NCBI RefSeq assembly: GCF_032055285.1
Contig: NZ_DAMBRE010000008.1
Span: 19,697-83,696, forward strand
Direction of reading: 5' to 3'
From: Brevundimonas sp.
GTDB lineage: Bacteria > Pseudomonadota > Alphaproteobacteria > Caulobacterales > Caulobacteraceae
DNA: 64,000 nucleotides
A model generated the notes under the pieces. That model worked only from the letters and a program-made list of their open reading frames with translations, made no database searches and was not told the origin of the DNA. Shown here one piece after another: positions 1 through 8,260 of this stretch (positions are counted from its first letter, which is position 1; each line of letters begins with the position of its first letter). Position numbers and translations under genes: made by a program.

Positions 1-756
1 GACGCCTGCTACCTGAACGAGCCGGTCGACCGCACGGTCTTTGTCGCCCCGCCCGCGCCCCAGGTGATGCAGAAGGCCGCCGCCACGGTCACGGCCCTGC
101 ATGGTGGCCAGCACGGGGGAATGACGAGCGCCGATGCGGTCAGCGAAGCGCGCCGACTGGCCGCCGCCGCGACCTCAATGGATGAACTGGCCGAGGCCGT
201 CGCCGCCTTTCAGGGCTGCCCCTTGCGGGCCATGGGGGCCAAGCAGGCGGTGTTCGCGCGCGGCAATCCCAAGGGCTCCATCCTGCTGATCGGCGAATCC
301 CCCGGCGAGACCGAAGACCAACGCGGCGAACCCTTCGTCGGCCAGCCCGGTCAGCTTCTGGACCGGATGCTGGCGGCGGCGGGTCTGAACGATCAGGTCT
401 TTATGACCAACACCGTCTTCTGGAAGCCGCCCGGCGACCGCCTGCCTACGCCGCAGGAGCAGGCGGTCTGCGCCCCCTTCCTGGAACGCGCCTTCGCTCT
501 GATGCAGCCCAAGGCCGTGCTTCTGGTCGGAGCGGCGGCGGCGAAATCGGTGCTGAACACCGACGATGGTCTGATGAAAATTCGTGGCCAGTGGCGCGAA
601 TGGCGACCGGCCGAGAGCGCGGCGTCGGCCCCTGTCATGACCACTCTGCATCCCGCCTTCCTGCTGCGTCAGCCGCAGGCGAAGCGGGTCGCCTGGGCTG
701 ACATCCTGTCGCTGGCGGCGCGTCTGGATACGGCCCAGGTTGAGCCGAACGCCTGA
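1..756 (+). CDS. Uracil-DNA glycosylase, family 4 (5' end may lie left of the window)
   Basis: Motif GESPGETEDQRGEPFVGQPGQLLDRML and C-terminal HPAFLLR fit family-4 UDG. The frame is open from nt 1; first start codons are GTG 64 / ATG 67. Confidence 0.8.
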   Translation, partial: DACYLNEPVDRTVFVAPPAPQVMQKAAATVTALHGGQHGGMTSADAVSEARRLAAAATSMDELAEAVAAFQGCPLRAMGAKQAVFARGNPKGSILLIGESPGETEDQRGEPFVGQPGQLLDRMLAAAGLNDQVFMTNTVFWKPPGDRLPTPQEQAVCAPFLERAFALMQPKAVLLVGAAAAKSVLNTDDGLMKIRGQWREWRPAESAASAPVMTTLHPAFLLRQPQAKRVAWADILSLAARLDTAQVEPNA

Positions 757-850
757 TTCAGGCATGCTTGGCGGCTGACGACCAGTCCACAGAGCGCTGA
801 TGATCCCGACGTCGAGAAGGGAGCCGCGCCGACGAAGGGGGCCGCCGCGT

Positions 851-2557
851 ATGTACCTTTTCCGCCGCGCGTCCCTCGCGCCCCTGCTTGCTGCTGCACT
901 CTGCGCCACGGTTGCGCCCGCCGCCCTGGCGGCAACCGGGACGGCTGAAAGCGGAGCCGACGACGGCGGAACGGTCTATGTCGCCAATGACTCCGATACA
1001 ACCCCCACAGCCCTGAGCAGTTCCGATCGGCTGAGCTACACCACCGCCTTTGACGCCCTGCGACGCGGCGATCTGGAGCTGGCCCGCGCCTCGGCGCGTC
1101 AGGCCCAGGACCGCATCCTGCTGGGCCAGGTCGAGTTCGAACGCCTGTTCCACCCCACCCACGTCGCCACCTATGACGAACTGGCGGCCTGGCTGGAGAC
1201 CTATTCCGACCTGCCCATGGCCCAACGGGTCTATACCCTGGCCATGCGCCGCATCCCGGACGGCGCCCCCGAACCGAAGCGTCCCGGCAATCTGCTGGAG
1301 CGCACCTGGGCCAGCGTCACCGGCGCCGGCGACGGCGGCGTCACCGATCCGGCCAAGGCGGCGCGTGTGGCCCTGAACAACGACGACCTGGCGGGCGCCT
1401 ATCGCACCGGCGTCGAGATGGGCGACTGGTGGAGCGCCGGTCTGGCCGCTTGGCGGATGAACGAGTTTTCCGACGCCTTCCGCGCCTTCGAGCGCGTGGC
1501 CCAGGACCCGACCGAGGATCCCTGGGTCCGCGCCGGCGCCGCCTTCTGGACCGCTCGCGCCGCCGGGCGCTCGGGCCGTCAGGATCGCGTGGTGGAGAAC
1601 CTGCGTCTGGCTGCCCGCTGGCCCGCCACCTTCTATGGTCAGGTCGCCTTGCGCCAGTTGGGCGAAGAGCCGGTCATCGAGAACCTGGGGCCGCGTGCCT
1701 ATGAGGCGACGTTACAGCGCGCCAGCTTCACGCCCGAACCGACCGGCGTCGATGCGCGCGAACTGAACGCCTTCATCCGCTCGGACGAGACCGCCCGGCG
1801 CACTGTGGCTCTTTATGAAGTCGGTCGGCGCAATGACGCTGAGGAAGCCGCCCGCACCGGCATGCGCTCGGCGAGCGACGATGGCGCACGGCGCCTGTGG
1901 GCAGGCCTCTACCGCACCGTGGCCCCGAACCGGGCCGCCCAGGCTGATGCAGCCCGCATCGACGCCACCCGCTATCCGATGCCCGACCTCCAGCCCGAGG
2001 GCGGTTTCACAATCGAGAAGGCGCTGGTCTATGCGATCGCGCGCAAGGAAACGGATTTCAACGCCAACGCCCGCTCGGGCGCCGGCGCCTATGGCATGAT
2101 GCAGGTCATGCCGGCCACCGCCGCCTATATGACCGGGGATCAGGGCTATGTCCGCAGCCCCGAGCGGCTCTACGTCCCTGCGACCAATCTGAAGCTGGGT
2201 CAGGACTATGTGAACCGCCTGTTCCAGATCGAGTCCTTCCAGGGCGACCTGCTGAAGGCCGTGGCCTCCTACAACGCCGGACCGGGGCCGATGCTGGCGG
2301 CGGTGCGCAAGCTGGGGCCGGACGCCGATCCCCTGCTGCTGATCGAGACCATCGACGTGCCACAGGCCCGCGAATACGTGGAAAAGGTCGTGGCGGCCTA
2401 CTGGATCTATCAACGGATGCTGGGCGCGCCGCTGAACACGCTGGACGCCGTGGCGTCAGGCGCCAAGGCCGTGCCGATCCGTCTGGATTATGTGGCTCCG
2501 CCGCCGGTCGCGCCCATGCAGGTGGCCGAGGCCGCCCCGGTCGCCGGCACGCGCTAA
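851..2557 (+). CDS. Soluble lytic murein transglycosylase (SLT domain, Slt70-like)
   Basis: SLT catalytic region KETDFNANARSGAGAYGMMQVMPATA ... YNAGPG. ATG 851 gives a signal-like N-terminus MYLFRRASLAPLLAAALCATVAPAALA (ORF opens at 800). Confidence 0.85.
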   Translation: MYLFRRASLAPLLAAALCATVAPAALAATGTAESGADDGGTVYVANDSDTTPTALSSSDRLSYTTAFDALRRGDLELARASARQAQDRILLGQVEFERLFHPTHVATYDELAAWLETYSDLPMAQRVYTLAMRRIPDGAPEPKRPGNLLERTWASVTGAGDGGVTDPAKAARVALNNDDLAGAYRTGVEMGDWWSAGLAAWRMNEFSDAFRAFERVAQDPTEDPWVRAGAAFWTARAAGRSGRQDRVVENLRLAARWPATFYGQVALRQLGEEPVIENLGPRAYEATLQRASFTPEPTGVDARELNAFIRSDETARRTVALYEVGRRNDAEEAARTGMRSASDDGARRLWAGLYRTVAPNRAAQADAARIDATRYPMPDLQPEGGFTIEKALVYAIARKETDFNANARSGAGAYGMMQVMPATAAYMTGDQGYVRSPERLYVPATNLKLGQDYVNRLFQIESFQGDLLKAVASYNAGPGPMLAAVRKLGPDADPLLLIETIDVPQAREYVEKVVAAYWIYQRMLGAPLNTLDAVASGAKAVPIRLDYVAPPPVAPMQVAEAAPVAGTR

Positions 2558-2564
2558 AGCCGCT

Positions 2565-2675
2565 TTAGACCACGCTGGACAGCAGCATAGCCCAGACGAA
2601 GGCAAAGGCCAGACCGGCCAGGAAATAGCCTCGGGCGACCTTGCCCCAGTTGGTGTTGCGACTGATCGTCCGCAT
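2565..2675 (-). CDS. Candidate 36-aa single-TM small protein
   Basis: ATG 2675 to TAA 2565 encodes MRTISRNTNWGKVARGYFLAGLAFAFVWAMLLSSVV. Third-position G/C is high like the host genes, with a GGGGGA tract upstream. Too short for the ORF track. Confidence 0.35.
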   Translation of the reverse strand: MRTISRNTNWGKVARGYFLAGLAFAFVWAMLLSSVV

Positions 2676-2751
2676 CGCCTGTCCCCCACGGCCTCGACGC
2701 CGTGAGGACAGATTGTAACATCACTCGTTAATCGCCGGTTTTCGGCTAGGC

Positions 2752-3408
2752 TTAAGCGGCGTTAGCCAGTGCCTGCTCGCCCCAGGCGACGAAATCCGGC
2801 TGGGCCAGCAGGGTCTCGACATAGGTGCGGGCTACGCCGTCCACATCGCCGTGCGCGACCAGGTCGATCTGGAAGTGACGCACCCGCGCCGCGACGGGGG
2901 TGAAGAAGGCGTCGGCGATCGACCATTCACCGTACAGATACGGACCGCCGGCGCCGAAGCGAGCGCGCGCCTCGCGGAATATCTGCACCAGACGGCGGAT
3001 GTCGGCGGCGGTGTCCTCGCCTTTCGGCGGCGGGCTGCGGTCGGGGCCGACCATGGTGTGATCGGGCGCCATGGCGCATTCGGTGCGCAGGGCCATGAAG
3101 CCGGAATGCATCTCGCAGACCACCGACCGGGCCTGCCACCGCGCATGAGCGTCGGCAGGCCACAGCCGGGCCTCGGGATAGCGCTCGGCGCACCAGACCG
3201 AGATCGACAGGCTGTCCCAGATGGTCTCGCCGTCGACCTTCAGCACCGGCACCCGCCCGGCGGGCGAATGGCGGGCGATCTGCTCGGCGGTGTCGGGCCG
3301 GTTCAGGCGAATGACCGTCTCGACGAAGTCCGCGCCGCAGCGCTTCAGCACCAGCCAGGGCCGCAACGACCAGGTGGAATAGAGCTTGTCGCCGATCACC
3401 AGTTCCAT
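2752..3408 (-). CDS. Glutathione S-transferase family protein
   Basis: MELVIGDKLYSTWSLRPWLVLKRCGADFVETVIRL... shows the GST N- and C-domain pattern. Internal ATG 3408 was chosen because the upstream part of ORF 2752-3921 overlaps sugE and is Arg/Pro-rich. Confidence 0.85.
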   Translation of the reverse strand: MELVIGDKLYSTWSLRPWLVLKRCGADFVETVIRLNRPDTAEQIARHSPAGRVPVLKVDGETIWDSLSISVWCAERYPEARLWPADAHARWQARSVVCEMHSGFMALRTECAMAPDHTMVGPDRSPPPKGEDTAADIRRLVQIFREARARFGAGGPYLYGEWSIADAFFTPVAARVRHFQIDLVAHGDVDGVARTYVETLLAQPDFVAWGEQALANAA

Positions 3409-3437
3409 GGCCGTCTCTCCGGTTGTGCTGTCGCCCA

Positions 3438-3758
3438 TCAATGGCTTGAGGACAGCTTCAGCACAACCAGGCCCGAGATGATCAGCACCGCGCCGGCTAT
3501 CCGCATGGGGGTGATCGGCTCGCCCAGCACCGCGATGCCGACGACAAAGGCCCCGACCGCGCCGATGCCGGTCCAGATCACATAGGCCGTGCCCAGCGGC
3601 AGGGTCTTCATCGCCAGCGACAGCAGGCCGAAGCTGACGATCATGAAGACGATGGTGCCGATCGTCTGCCACGGCTTCGAAAACCCGTCCGACGCCTTCA
3701 TCAGGAAGGCCCAGACGATCTCGAACAGACCGGCGAGAAGAAGGAAAATCCAGGCCAT
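3438..3758 (-). CDS. sugE: SMR-family guanidinium exporter (SugE/Gdx)
   Basis: 106-aa four-TM protein MAWIFLLLAGLFEIVWAFLMK... with the conserved membrane Glu. A guanidine-II riboswitch lies directly upstream. Confidence 0.9.
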   Translation of the reverse strand: MAWIFLLLAGLFEIVWAFLMKASDGFSKPWQTIGTIVFMIVSFGLLSLAMKTLPLGTAYVIWTGIGAVGAFVVGIAVLGEPITPMRIAGAVLIISGLVVLKLSSSH

Positions 3759-3781
3759 GACAGTGCTCCCTTACATGGCGA

Positions 3782-3831
3782 GCCGGGTCGTCCCGGCGGT
3801 CATGCCCAGTATAGGGGAGAGGTCGTCCTCT
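3782..3831 (-). promoter_or_regulatory. Guanidine-II (mini-ykkC) riboswitch
   Basis: RNA sense shows two hairpins capped by ACGA tetraloops: AGAGG-ACGA-CCUCU (3831-3818) and GCCGGG-ACGA-CCCGGC (3797-3782). They are joined by a 20-nt linker and lie 23 nt upstream of the sugE ATG. This is the architecture and genomic context of mini-ykkC. Confidence 0.75.
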
Positions 3832-3913
3832 GAGGCCCCTATCTGGGACAAGCGGGGTAGAAGTCAATGGCGAACCTTGACTCGCGGGCCGTCGCGAACG
3901 ACACGACCGGTCC

Positions 3914-5215
3914 ATGATCACGCGCTATACCCGCCCCGAAGCCGTCGCCATCTGGTCGCAAGAGACCAAGTACAAGATCTGGTTCGAGATCGAGGCCCAC
4001 GCCGCCACCAAGATGGCCGAGCTGGGCGTGATTCCGAAGGAGTCGGCCGAGGCCATCTGGGCCAAGGGCAAGGACGCCACCTTCGACGCCGACCGCATCG
4101 ACGAGATCGAGCGCACCACCAAGCACGACGTCATCGCCTTCCTGACCCACGTGTCGGAAATCGTCGGCGAGGAAGCCCGCTTCCTGCACCAGGGCATGAC
4201 CTCGTCCGACGTGCTGGACACCTGTTTCGCGGTGCAGCTGGCGCGCTCGACCGACCTGCTGCTGGGCGGCGTCGACCGCGTCCTGGCCGCACTGGAAGTC
4301 CGCGCCAAGGAACACAAATACACCCCGACCGTGGGCCGCTCGCACGGCATCCACGCCGAGCCCGTCACCTTCGGCCTGAAGCTGGCCGGCTATCACGCCG
4401 AGTTCCAGCGCGCCAAGCGCCGCCTGATCACCGCCCGCGAGGAAATCGCCACCTGCGCCATCTCGGGCGCCGTCGGCACCTTCGCCAACGTCGATCCGGC
4501 GGTCGAGCAATACGTCGCCGACCAGATGGGCCTGGCCGTCGAGCCTGTCTCGACCCAGGTCATCCCGCGCGACCGTCACGCCGCCTACTTCGCCGCCCTG
4601 GGCGTCGTCGCCTCGTCGATCGAGCGTCTGGCCGTGGAAATCCGCCACCTGCAGCGCACCGAGGTTCTCGAAGCCGAGGAGTTCTTCGACAAGGGCCAGA
4701 AGGGCTCGTCGGCCATGCCGCACAAGCGCAACCCGATCCTGACCGAGAACCTGACCGGTCTGGCCCGTCTGGTCCGCTCGGCCGTGACCCCGGCGATGGA
4801 AAACGTCGCCCTGTGGCACGAGCGCGACATCAGCCACTCCTCGGTCGAGCGCGGCATCGGCCCGGACGCGACGGTCCATCTGGACTTCGCCCTGCACCGT
4901 CTGGCGGGCGTGGTCGAGCGCCTGAACGTCTACCCTGAGAACATGCAGAAGAACATCGACCGCCTGGGCGGTCTGGTGCACTCGCAGCGGGTCATGCTGG
5001 CCCTGACCCAGGCCGGCGTGTCGCGTGAGGACGCCTATGCGGCGGTCCAGGAGAACGCCATGAAGGTCTGGCGCGGCGAAGGCGCCTTCCTCGACTTCCT
5101 CAAGGCTGACGCCCGCGTCACCCTGCCCCACGACCAGTTGGAAGCCCTGTTCGACCTCGGCTACCACACCAAGAACGTGGACGTGGTGTTCAAGCGGGTC
5201 TTCGGCGAGGGCTGA
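3914..5215 (+). CDS. purB: Adenylosuccinate lyase
   Basis: 433 aa, MITRYTRPEAVAIWSQETKYKIWFEIE..., with the fumarate-lyase signature GSSAMPHKRNP. Confidence 0.95.
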   Translation: MITRYTRPEAVAIWSQETKYKIWFEIEAHAATKMAELGVIPKESAEAIWAKGKDATFDADRIDEIERTTKHDVIAFLTHVSEIVGEEARFLHQGMTSSDVLDTCFAVQLARSTDLLLGGVDRVLAALEVRAKEHKYTPTVGRSHGIHAEPVTFGLKLAGYHAEFQRAKRRLITAREEIATCAISGAVGTFANVDPAVEQYVADQMGLAVEPVSTQVIPRDRHAAYFAALGVVASSIERLAVEIRHLQRTEVLEAEEFFDKGQKGSSAMPHKRNPILTENLTGLARLVRSAVTPAMENVALWHERDISHSSVERGIGPDATVHLDFALHRLAGVVERLNVYPENMQKNIDRLGGLVHSQRVMLALTQAGVSREDAYAAVQENAMKVWRGEGAFLDFLKADARVTLPHDQLEALFDLGYHTKNVDVVFKRVFGEG

Positions 5216-5217
5216 TC

Positions 5218-5589
5218 ATGTGGTGGGCGGCGGCCATCCTGTCATTAGCACAGCAAGGTTCTCTCTCCTCGGCTGATCTAACGGTCATAACGCCGCCGGG
5301 CCGGTCAGCCGCCGATTGCGTCTCCCCCCTTAGTCGCGCGACTGTTGATGCTAGGCTCTTGGTCCAATGCACACTGGATGCTCGCGGCGCACCCGGCCAG
5401 TGCCGCTTTCAGTCCGGGTCAGACCTGCCAGTTCGGCAAAGGGAAGCCGCCCGCTGCATGGCGCAACACTATCGCTTCAGCGATCCTGAAGGAAAAGCGC
5501 TGGAGGGCCGCATCGTGACCATTCCAGTGACGCTGCGTATGAATGTAGCGCCTCCGCCAGCGGGGTTCGTTCCACCGGGCCGCCCTTGA
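5218..5589 (+). CDS. Hypothetical protein (atypical codon usage)
   Basis: 123-aa ORF starting 3 nt after the purB stop; its stop overlaps the next gene's TTG start (TTGA). It has many A/T-ending codons, unlike its neighbours. The C-terminal part loosely resembles TonB-C-like folds. Confidence 0.45.
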   Translation: MWWAAAILSLAQQGSLSSADLTVITPPGRSAADCVSPLSRATVDARLLVQCTLDARGAPGQCRFQSGSDLPVRQREAARCMAQHYRFSDPEGKALEGRIVTIPVTLRMNVAPPPAGFVPPGRP

Positions 5590-6074
5590 TCAGGCATGGC
5601 TTCGATCCTGTCGTCGACGCCCGCACCCGCGTCCTGATCCTGGGCAGCCTGCCCGGCGACGTCTCGCTGATGGCGGCCCAGTATTACGCCCATCCGCGCA
5701 ACGGCTTCTGGCCGCTGATGGGCGGCCTGCTGGGCGAGGCCCTGCCCGCGCTTTCCTATGAAGATCGCCTGGATCGCCTGAAGGCGCGCGGCGTCGGCCT
5801 GTGGGACGTGATCGCGTCGGCGGAGCGTTCAGGCAGCCTGGATGCGGCCATCCGCTCGCCCGAGGCCGCCGACCTGCACAGTCTGGCGGCAGGCCTGCCG
5901 GAACTGCGCGCTGTCGCTTTCAACGGCGGACTGGCGGCGAAGCAGGGACGACGCATCCTGGCCGATCTGCAGGGCGTCGCCCTGATCGACCTGCCCTCTT
6001 CCAGCCCGGCCCACGCCCGTCCCTTGGTGGAGAAGCGTCAGGCCTGGGCGGTGTTGGCGCCTTTCCTGGGCTGA
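5586..6074 (+). CDS. DNA-deoxyinosine (hypoxanthine) glycosylase, UDG superfamily
   Basis: RVLILGSLPGDVSLMAAQYYAHPRNGFWPLMG and C-terminal LPSSSPA are typical of this family. Confidence 0.75.
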   Translation: MIRHGFDPVVDARTRVLILGSLPGDVSLMAAQYYAHPRNGFWPLMGGLLGEALPALSYEDRLDRLKARGVGLWDVIASAERSGSLDAAIRSPEAADLHSLAAGLPELRAVAFNGGLAAKQGRRILADLQGVALIDLPSSSPAHARPLVEKRQAWAVLAPFLG

Positions 6075-6177
6075 CGGATCACGCGTCGCGCCGGAAAATT
6101 TGAACCATTTACCCTGCTCGCCCGTACTTCTCCCCGACCCCGCCGCCCCTTCGAGCGGCCGTCGATGGAGAGACGCC

Positions 6178-6807
6178 ATGAAGATCACCCGCACCGCCAC
6201 CCTCGCCACCGTATCCGTCGCCGCCCTGCTGGCGCTCGCCGCCTGCGGCGACAGCACCAAGGTCGAGAAGGCGCCGGCCGACGCCATGCCCGCCGAGCCC
6301 GCCGCCATGACCCCCATGACGACCGAACCCATGGTCGGCGGCGTGGCCATGAACCCGGCCGACAACATCGTCGCCAACGCCTCCAAGGCGCCGAACCTGA
6401 CCACCCTGGTCGCCGCGGTTCAGGCCGCCGGACTGGCCACGACCCTGCAAGGCGCCGGCCCCTTCACCGTCTTCGCGCCCGACAACGCCGCCTTCGAGAA
6501 GATCCCGGCGGCCACGCGCGAAGGCTGGATGCAACCCGCCCAGAAGGCGGCCCTGACCAAGGTCCTGACCTATCACGTCGTGCCCGGCCGAGTGACCGCC
6601 GCCGACATCGCCGCCGATGCCCAGAGGAGCGGCGGAACCGCGACCCTGGCCACGGTTCAGGGCGACAAGCTGATGATCAAGGACGTCGGCGGCGGCAAGT
6701 GGACCATCACCGACGCCAAGGGCGGAACCTCGACCATCACCCAGGCCGACGTCGGCCAGTCGAACGGCGTGGTCCACGTCATCGACACGGTGCTGATGCC
6801 GAAATAA
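6178..6807 (+). CDS. Fasciclin (FAS1) domain lipoprotein
   Basis: Lipoprotein signal MKITRTATLATVSVAALLALAAC; FAS1 motifs TVFAPDNAAFEKIP and VVHVIDTVLMP. ATG 6178 lies inside the longer 6100 ORF. Confidence 0.85.
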   Translation: MKITRTATLATVSVAALLALAACGDSTKVEKAPADAMPAEPAAMTPMTTEPMVGGVAMNPADNIVANASKAPNLTTLVAAVQAAGLATTLQGAGPFTVFAPDNAAFEKIPAATREGWMQPAQKAALTKVLTYHVVPGRVTAADIAADAQRSGGTATLATVQGDKLMIKDVGGGKWTITDAKGGTSTITQADVGQSNGVVHVIDTVLMPK

Positions 6808-6826
6808 TCCCGCTGAAACGAAAAAA

Positions 6827-6854
6827 GGGCCGCCGCCGTCCCCGGCAGCGGCCC
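6827..6854. terminator. Bidirectional intrinsic terminator between convergent genes
   Basis: Hairpin GGGCCGCCGCCG-TCCC-CGGCAGCGGCCC, with an A-run upstream and a T-run downstream. Confidence 0.6.
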
Positions 6855-6876
6855 TTTCCATTGTCTGGTTCAGATG

Positions 6877-7386
6877 TCAGACGGCGGTCGCGCGGAACCG
6901 ACGCGAAGCGACGACGCCGCCGCCGATCAGCAGGACGCCGGCCAGGCCCCACATCGTCCACTCGCCGACCGTCGGGACGGCGGTTGCGGCCACGACGGTC
7001 AGTGTGATGTTGCTGGCAGCGGTCGAGCTCAAGCACGTTCCACCGCCTCCATACGCTGCCCCAATCGTATGCGTCCCTACGCCGATAGCCGAACCGGAAA
7101 GGGTGCAGCTTCCCGACGACGATCCCGGGACGCCGCTCACTGAAATGCCGCAAAGAACCGTTGAAGGTGTCGGCAGAGGTTGCAGTTGCACAGTGCCCGT
7201 ACAGTGCGTCCCACTTGCGTTTGTCACGTTGGTCGTGAACGTGACTGTGTCCCCCAGCCCCATTGTGGCCCGATCCGCTGTGGCTGTGGTGACCGTGACA
7301 GCACCGCTCGCCAGACTCGGTGTTGCCGCCAGGCAAACCGTAGACGCCGCGGCCCACAGCGCGCCCCGCACAAGATTCAAAGCCAT
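6877..7386 (-). CDS. Secreted Ig-like protein with IPTL-CTERM-type sorting tail
   Basis: Signal peptide and Thr/Ser/Gly-rich beta-type body. The C-terminus AVPTVGEWTMWGLAGVLLIGGGVVASRRFR has a motif, a TM helix and a basic tail. Confidence 0.7.
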   Translation of the reverse strand: MALNLVRGALWAAASTVCLAATPSLASGAVTVTTATADRATMGLGDTVTFTTNVTNASGTHCTGTVQLQPLPTPSTVLCGISVSGVPGSSSGSCTLSGSAIGVGTHTIGAAYGGGGTCLSSTAASNITLTVVAATAVPTVGEWTMWGLAGVLLIGGGVVASRRFRATAV

Positions 7387-7525
7387 CGAAGTTCCCCGCC
7401 AAGACGCGAGCCTTCATGACGAATCCTGAAGAACAGCGCAACTTGAATTGATCGACACTCGATCCAGTCGCCTGGATGCTTCTTCGCCCTCGCCCCTGGC
7501 GCCATGCCCGCCCGCTCCGCCGCAG

Positions 7526-7615
7526 ATCGGCGGCAAGTGGACCATCACCCAGGCCGACGTCGGCCAATCGAACGGCGTGGTCCACGTCGTCGATACGGTG
7601 CTGATGCCGAAATAA
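7526..7615 (+). pseudogene. 3' remnant of a duplicated fasciclin gene
   Basis: Encodes IGGKWTITQADVGQSNGVVHVVDTVLMPK*, near-identical to the end of the gene at 6178-6807. It lacks 30 nt lying between gaccatcacc direct repeats, and has no start or upstream ORF. Confidence 0.7.
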
Positions 7616-7644
7616 AACCGAGGACGCTCCCTGCAACAGAAAAA

Positions 7645-7672
7645 GGGCCGCCGCCGACCCCGGCAGCGGCCC
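7645..7672. terminator. Second copy of the bidirectional terminator hairpin
   Basis: GGGCCGCCGCCG-ACCC-CGGCAGCGGCCC, a duplicate of 6827-6854. Confidence 0.55.
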
Positions 7673-7696
7673 TCCTCTTTCCGTTTGGCGCCGGCG

Positions 7697-8176
7697 TCAG
7701 GCGGCCGTGGCGCGGAACCGGCGCGAGGCGACGACTCCGCCGCCGATCAGCAGCAGGCCGGTCAAGCCCCACATCGTCCACTCGCCGACCGTGGGCACGG
7801 CGGCGGGAGCCGCGTTGACGACCAGGGTCGCCGGCGCACTGAACGACGTACACATCCCGAGGGTGTCCGCCCGAAGGGTGTAGCTGCCGGCAGGCCGGGT
7901 GGTCGTGCAACTCGCGGTCGAGGTGTTGGGGTCCAACACCGTCAGGGGCGACGAACACACGGTCGCGTTCGCCACCGTATCCCTGAAATCGACGGCCCCG
8001 GTGCAGCTAAAACCCGGCGAGTTGACGGTAGCCCCCAGCGTAACGGTTTGCCCGGCGCTGGCGGGGTTCGGCGACACTGTGATCGTCGTTGTCGTAGGCA
8101 CGCCGGCCTGACCGGCGGTGGCGAAGACAAAAACGCCAATTGCGGCCAAGCCTGCGACGGCGTGTCTGATAACCAT
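7697..8176 (-). CDS. Secreted Ig-like protein with IPTL-CTERM-type sorting tail (paralog)
   Basis: The tail AVPTVGEWTMWGLTGLLLIGGGVVASRRFR is almost identical to that of 6877-7386. ATG 8176 is preceded by AGGGGGA (ORF opens at GTG 8197). Confidence 0.7.
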   Translation of the reverse strand: MVIRHAVAGLAAIGVFVFATAGQAGVPTTTTITVSPNPASAGQTVTLGATVNSPGFSCTGAVDFRDTVANATVCSSPLTVLDPNTSTASCTTTRPAGSYTLRADTLGMCTSFSAPATLVVNAAPAAVPTVGEWTMWGLTGLLLIGGGVVASRRFRATAA

Positions 8177-8260
8177 GGAAATCCCCCTGCGATTCACCGC
8201 TGACGTAGCCGATCCCGGGACAGGCGACCAGCGCTATTCGTCTCGCTACGTCGGGCGCAT

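Noticed and set aside
3409-3921. N-terminal 171-aa extension of the GST ORF (2752-3921).
   Set aside because: It overlaps sugE and the riboswitch in another frame and is Arg/Pro/Asp-rich. The GST fold starts at the internal ATG 3408.
6100-6177. Upstream extension of the fasciclin ORF.
   Set aside because: The internal ATG 6178 yields a canonical lipoprotein signal peptide, whereas the extension is Pro/Arg-rich.
7504-7818. 104-aa plus-strand ORF across the duplicated segment.
   Set aside because: It reads the fasciclin remnant in the wrong frame. It then runs through the terminator hairpin and antisense to the sorting tail of the 7697-8176 gene, and it is Arg/Pro-rich.
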